From a virus: a stretch of DNA of 64,000 nucleotides. The notes below the pieces were generated by a model. The model was not told the origin of the DNA and made no database searches. It saw only the letters and a list, made by a program, of their open reading frames with translations. The first letter of the stretch is position 1, and every line of letters begins with the position of its first letter. This document shows, one piece after another, positions 60,127 through 64,000 of this stretch. Location: IMG/VR virus record IMGVR_UViG_3300020474_002475, positions 53,940 through 117,939 of that record. One strand, written 5' to 3'. The translations under genes were made by a program, and so were the position numbers.

Positions 60127-62919
60127 TTAAGGGACAAAATCAATATTTGTATTTAAAATCAAATTCTCCAAATTGTAGCCTCTTTTATCTTCTAATCCTG
60201 TGCCTGTACATTGCAATATTAACGTATCATATTCCTCGTCTGCTACAGCGCCTATGACGTTATTTCGACCTTTTATTGTATGACAAATAAATGCATCCCT
60301 AACTTTGTACTCTTCTGTGCCCATATAAGCATCAATGTCAACACGTTCTCCAACTTGCCAATCTTCTATTGCAGAACCGTCATATTGCAGGCTGTTGGAA
60401 GATCTTCTAACGATAAAATAACAGTCATCGCCAACGCAATTGTTCTTTTGATTATTATAGGTAACAGAAAAAGCTACCCATTTAGAACCAGATGTTTTAC
60501 CAGTTATTGTAGCATTAGAACCAAATACACCCACACCATCCCATTCAGCAAATTCACTGAAACAGGAATTGTCCGAAATATTACAATCTGATATCGAATC
60601 AGGCTCTATTGCTGCGCCTGGGTCTGCAGGAGGTATTAGATTTTTATAATCAATTTGGAAAACTTCATTACTATTAGGAACTCCTAAAATTATATATTTA
60701 TCATCTATAATAGATGTGTTGTCCCATTTGTTAGTAATCGTTCTATTAGTATTATGAAATCTTCTAATAGAACCAAAATTAGAAGCTAATAATGTTGTCA
60801 AGTATGGAGTATTAACACTAGCTTTATACAAATTAAATTTGTAAACACCATCAGACGAAGGAAGTTCTGGATCCCTACTCTGTTGTACTATATAATATAG
60901 AAAGCCGTCTCTACATAAAATACATTTTATTTCAGAATCAGAATATGTTAAAGACATATCGTCTACACACAAGGTATAGTCTGTATTAGAATTACTTGTT
61001 TTTATTTTGTATTCGTAGCCACAACCACAAGAGGTGCTACTAGAAACATGATATTCTATTATATTGTCTGTAGCTTCATCTTGAACTATAAATGCAGGGG
61101 AGTCTGTTCTCTCTGATCTAATATCTTTTAAATATCTGTGGTCAAAATTCACACCAGATAAAGCATTAAAAGCAGGAATTGTTATATTAATACTTGGTAT
61201 AGAAGTGTCTGTTATGCCAGTTAAATTAAAAAGAATAAACGTATTACTTAAACTATTAACATCCAATCCATATATAATATATGTTTTATGATCACTTGAT
61301 TTATTAATTGCTACATTACTCATACCAATCGTTCTGCCATTTATTACTACAGTAATGTCGTGATTAATATCAATATTTACACTTTTGTTAAATTCAATTT
61401 TAATTCCATCTTGCATATTCAAATTTTGTTCAATAGAAACAGTATACCCAAAATCATATGAGTCTAAGAAATAACCCTTTGCGCTGGTAGAAACTCCATC
61501 TTCAGATGTACAATTGTATTCTGTACCATCTATTAATAAATTGTTGTTGTGATTAGACTGTTTAGGCGCACTGTTGAGAATTATTAAACCGCTATTATTA
61601 TTAACTATTGTAGCTAGGTGTTGATAAAAATTAGTAACACTAGAAGCTATACTACTCCAATCTATGCCACAATTTCCTCCTCCGTCTACATCAGTATCGC
61701 AAGTATATGCCAGTTCTTTATAAGAATAATCCAGTTCTTGAGATGAAGAATTAGATGTTAAATACGAGATAATATGATAGCTATTCGCTAAAATGACATT
61801 ATTTTTAAAGCTATAAATTTTGGTAGGACCGCATCTCATACTTAAATCAACAGCTCCAGCACTATAATAAGTAAAAGAATTATCTCCTCCTATATAAAAC
61901 TTACTACTAGAACCATTATTAAACCCATATAAGAATATAGTAGGTTCATTAGCTAAACTATTAGCTCCTAAAAACCATCTGTTTAGATCTGTATTATAAT
62001 GAACACTAGAAATTCTACCAGCAGGATAGGAAGTATAATTCCAACTTTCTAAATTAGAAAAAGAATCAATAGCCGAACGATTAGTATACTGAGAAAAATA
62101 ATTATTTGTAGAAAATAATAAATTCCTTGTATTTACAGAAGAAGAAATATCTGGCAGAGTAGAAGATATAGCATGATTATAATTGTTTAAAGGAGCACAA
62201 ACAGCCAATATGTGATTATTGTTTATAAAAATTTCATCTGTCGGTATGCCATAGTCCATGCTAATGACTTCATAAGGATTACCTTCAGTGTCGTTTAGTT
62301 TAATTTTTTCTATTCCAAATATGTCAAAATTCAATGGAGTAGGAGTAGGCGTAGGAGTTAAAGTTGGGGTTGGGCTCAAAGTAGGAGTTATCGTAGGAGT
62401 AGGGGTTATACTTTGAGTTATTGTAATTGTAGGCGTAACTGTTGGAGTTATAGAAACAGTGGGCGTTACAGATTGTGTTACTGTTGGAGTAGGAGTAGAA
62501 GTACTTGTAGCACTAGGAGTGACAGAAGGAGTTATGGAAATAGTGGGTGTTACTGTAGGAGTAATACTTATTGTAGGGGTAATCGAAGGAGTAACAGATA
62601 TGGTTGGGGTAATTGATGGAGTAATACTAACAGTAGGAGTTACTGTTGTCGTAACACTAGGAGTTGGAGTAGGGGTACGAGTAAGAGTAGGAGTAACGGT
62701 TGTCGTTGGGGTAGGAGTTAATGTTGGAGTAACACTAATTGTTGGAGTAGGCGTTACAGGTATAGAAGATATGATTTCTCCATCACAACAGGCAGATAGT
62801 TCCACATCGGTGAAGATTAGAGAAACATAAGCAGGATCAAAACTACCAACATGTATGTATTCTTCACAATTGTCATAAAGCAGATAGGATTGATCGTTTT
62901 CTGTAATTCTTTTAGGCAT
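60127..62919 (-). CDS. virion-type protein with N-terminal Thr/Pro stalk
   Basis: 930 aa; about 140 aa TP run followed by beta-rich domains. Confidence 0.65.
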   Translation of the reverse strand: MPKRITENDQSYLLYDNCEEYIHVGSFDPAYVSLIFTDVELSACCDGEIISSIPVTPTPTISVTPTLTPTPTTTVTPTLTRTPTPTPSVTTTVTPTVSITPSITPTISVTPSITPTISITPTVTPTISITPSVTPSATSTSTPTPTVTQSVTPTVSITPTVTPTITITQSITPTPTITPTLSPTPTLTPTPTPTPLNFDIFGIEKIKLNDTEGNPYEVISMDYGIPTDEIFINNNHILAVCAPLNNYNHAISSTLPDISSSVNTRNLLFSTNNYFSQYTNRSAIDSFSNLESWNYTSYPAGRISSVHYNTDLNRWFLGANSLANEPTIFLYGFNNGSSSKFYIGGDNSFTYYSAGAVDLSMRCGPTKIYSFKNNVILANSYHIISYLTSNSSSQELDYSYKELAYTCDTDVDGGGNCGIDWSSIASSVTNFYQHLATIVNNNSGLIILNSAPKQSNHNNNLLIDGTEYNCTSEDGVSTSAKGYFLDSYDFGYTVSIEQNLNMQDGIKIEFNKSVNIDINHDITVVINGRTIGMSNVAINKSSDHKTYIIYGLDVNSLSNTFILFNLTGITDTSIPSINITIPAFNALSGVNFDHRYLKDIRSERTDSPAFIVQDEATDNIIEYHVSSSTSCGCGYEYKIKTSNSNTDYTLCVDDMSLTYSDSEIKCILCRDGFLYYIVQQSRDPELPSSDGVYKFNLYKASVNTPYLTTLLASNFGSIRRFHNTNRTITNKWDNTSIIDDKYIILGVPNSNEVFQIDYKNLIPPADPGAAIEPDSISDCNISDNSCFSEFAEWDGVGVFGSNATITGKTSGSKWVAFSVTYNNQKNNCVGDDCYFIVRRSSNSLQYDGSAIEDWQVGERVDIDAYMGTEEYKVRDAFICHTIKGRNNVIGAVADEEYDTLILQCTGTGLEDKRGYNLENLILNTNIDFVP

Positions 62920-62949
62920 TGTCCCTACTATTAAAATTTAAGGTTGTTA

Positions 62950-62964
62950 AATATATAATACACT
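62950..62964 (-). promoter_or_regulatory. putative late promoter motif
   Basis: AGTGTATTATATATT on the - strand just after the upstream TAA. Confidence 0.5.
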
Positions 62965-62967
62965 ACT

Positions 62968-63999
62968 TTATGGTATTATGTCTAAATTCGAGTCAATTTG
63001 TGCAGAATACGTGTTTGGTGGCATTGAAGATCCAGACTGACACGTTGTTCTATCTAAATCGACGCACGCTGTGTTGGGGGTGAAAACATGATATGATGTT
63101 GCTGTAGGGCGAAAATGCGCTTCATCGCATTGCCATGAAGCAAAGTTATCGCTACACGCTTTAGTGGAAGATTTATGACCCCACTCTATCTCGTCCTCCG
63201 TTGGAGATAAGCATGCTGAAAACTCGGTGGATCCTGTATCAATATTTGGCGACCATTCTGGCGTAGAACAAGAACACCCATCAGGATCTCCTTGACAACC
63301 AGTGACTTGTTCCCAGTCAGTACCATTATAGGTCCATTCACAAATAGTGTTACACGTAACATATCCCGGAGCTGTATATGAGTATGTCTCGCATGGTGAA
63401 CACTGTACGTCACTAGCTCCGGGACCTGTGTACTGTTCCAGACAATTACTCATTGCTGTTTCCTGATCTGGATAGCCATCAGATTTCTCTTCCATACAGT
63501 AGCAACAAGCCCCATTACTACATCCGTTTGCTCTCGATCCTGCAATAGGATTACAACAACAGACAGGTTGACTGCATGTGCCATCTGGACCTTCCGTTAA
63601 TATAACACCTCCGACAGTATTATCTTCTTCAGTAGGACAACAGTATACGCCAGCTACACAATTATCACCAAAGTTTTCTAAATCGATATCTCCACCAGGC
63701 ACGACGAACACTGGCGGATTATTGCCAATTCCAAGACATTCTGAGCAGTTAGGTGGTGGTGGCGAAGGAGGGAATATTGGCGGTGGCGAAGGAGGCACTA
63801 TTGGCGGTGGCGAAGGAGGCACTATTGGCGGTGGCGAAGGAGGCACTATTGGCGGTGGAGATACTGGAGGTGGAGATACTGGCGGTGGGCTAACTGGCGG
63901 AGGTGACGGTGGTGAAGGAGGCAGTATTGGCGGAGGACTAACTGGCGGAGGACTAACTGGCGGAGGACTAACTGGCGGAGGACTAACTGGCGGAGGACT
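62968..63999 (-). CDS. extensin-like Pro-rich / Cys-rich protein, 5' end beyond the window
   Basis: Frame is open to the window end reading SPPPV SPPPV...; then PPSPPPIV repeats and a Cys-rich domain (GACC, CCC). Confidence 0.75.
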   Translation of the reverse strand, partial: SPPPVSPPPVSPPPVSPPPVSPPPILPPSPPSPPPVSPPPVSPPPVSPPPIVPPSPPPIVPPSPPPIVPPSPPPIFPPSPPPPNCSECLGIGNNPPVFVVPGGDIDLENFGDNCVAGVYCCPTEEDNTVGGVILTEGPDGTCSQPVCCCNPIAGSRANGCSNGACCYCMEEKSDGYPDQETAMSNCLEQYTGPGASDVQCSPCETYSYTAPGYVTCNTICEWTYNGTDWEQVTGCQGDPDGCSCSTPEWSPNIDTGSTEFSACLSPTEDEIEWGHKSSTKACSDNFASWQCDEAHFRPTATSYHVFTPNTACVDLDRTTCQSGSSMPPNTYSAQIDSNLDIIP

Positions 64000-64000
64000 A
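63776..64000 (-). repeat. 24-bp (PPSPPPIV) and 15-bp (SPPPV) perfect tandem repeats
   Basis: attggcggtggcgaaggaggcact x3 at 63776-63847; ggcggaggactaact x4 plus a partial copy at 63929-64000. Confidence 0.9.

Noticed and set aside
42350-62830. Val/Gly-rich + strand ORFs (e.g. 42350, 43820, 45961, 58017, 62459; also 24453) that look like membrane proteins
   Set aside because: Antisense shadows of Thr/Pro repeats (ACN/CCN codons give stop-free reverse frames)
63776-64000. Short direct repeats as a possible CRISPR array
   Set aside because: No unique spacers; unit lengths of 15 and 24 bp are in-frame coding repeats
1-64000. Stop-codon reassignment (code 15 or 4)
   Set aside because: Coding density is near complete under code 11, and TAG and TGA end genes at sensible overlapping junctions
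45006-64000. Eukaryotic or giant-virus (NCLDV) origin suggested by extensin-like repeats
   Set aside because: Contiguous with bacterial-type DnaE/DnaB/DnaG/RecA/SSB, SD sites, sigma70 promoters and overlapping operonic genes; no NCLDV markers seen

Overview
AT-rich, gene-dense segment of a large (jumbo-type) tailed dsDNA bacteriophage read in standard code 11; no rRNA, tRNA, CRISPR array or integrase is visible. There are two convergent arms meeting at 22110/22117. The + arm (1-22110) is a replication/recombination module: HNH, RecA/UvsX, DnaB, DnaG-type primase, dNMP kinase, a PD-(D/E)XK nuclease, a DnaE (Pol III alpha) split into two intein-free genes around a small ORF and a DnaQ-like exonuclease, and SSB. 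It continues into a seven-gene glycosyltransferase/nucleotidyltransferase/methyltransferase-like cluster, a NUMOD3-type endonuclease and a Rad52/Sak-like protein. The - arm (22117-64000) is a probable late/virion module of very large proteins: tail/baseplate-like proteins plus a set of modular proteins joined by Thr/Pro mucin-like and Ser-Pro3 extensin-like linkers. These carry two intact subtilisins, circularly permuted FGE-sulfatase (C-type lectin fold) domains, LVIVD/RCC1 propellers, and PEBP, cupredoxin-like and dead-metalloprotease domains. The most notable points are the intein-less split DnaE core, two nuclease genes that appear to start at ATA/ATT behind an identical AGAGGTG Shine-Dalgarno, a possible phage-encoded virion glycosylation system, permuted FGE domains, and a recurrent RGTGTAT-AT-rich putative late promoter. 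All family assignments come from motif recognition by eye; no searches were run.
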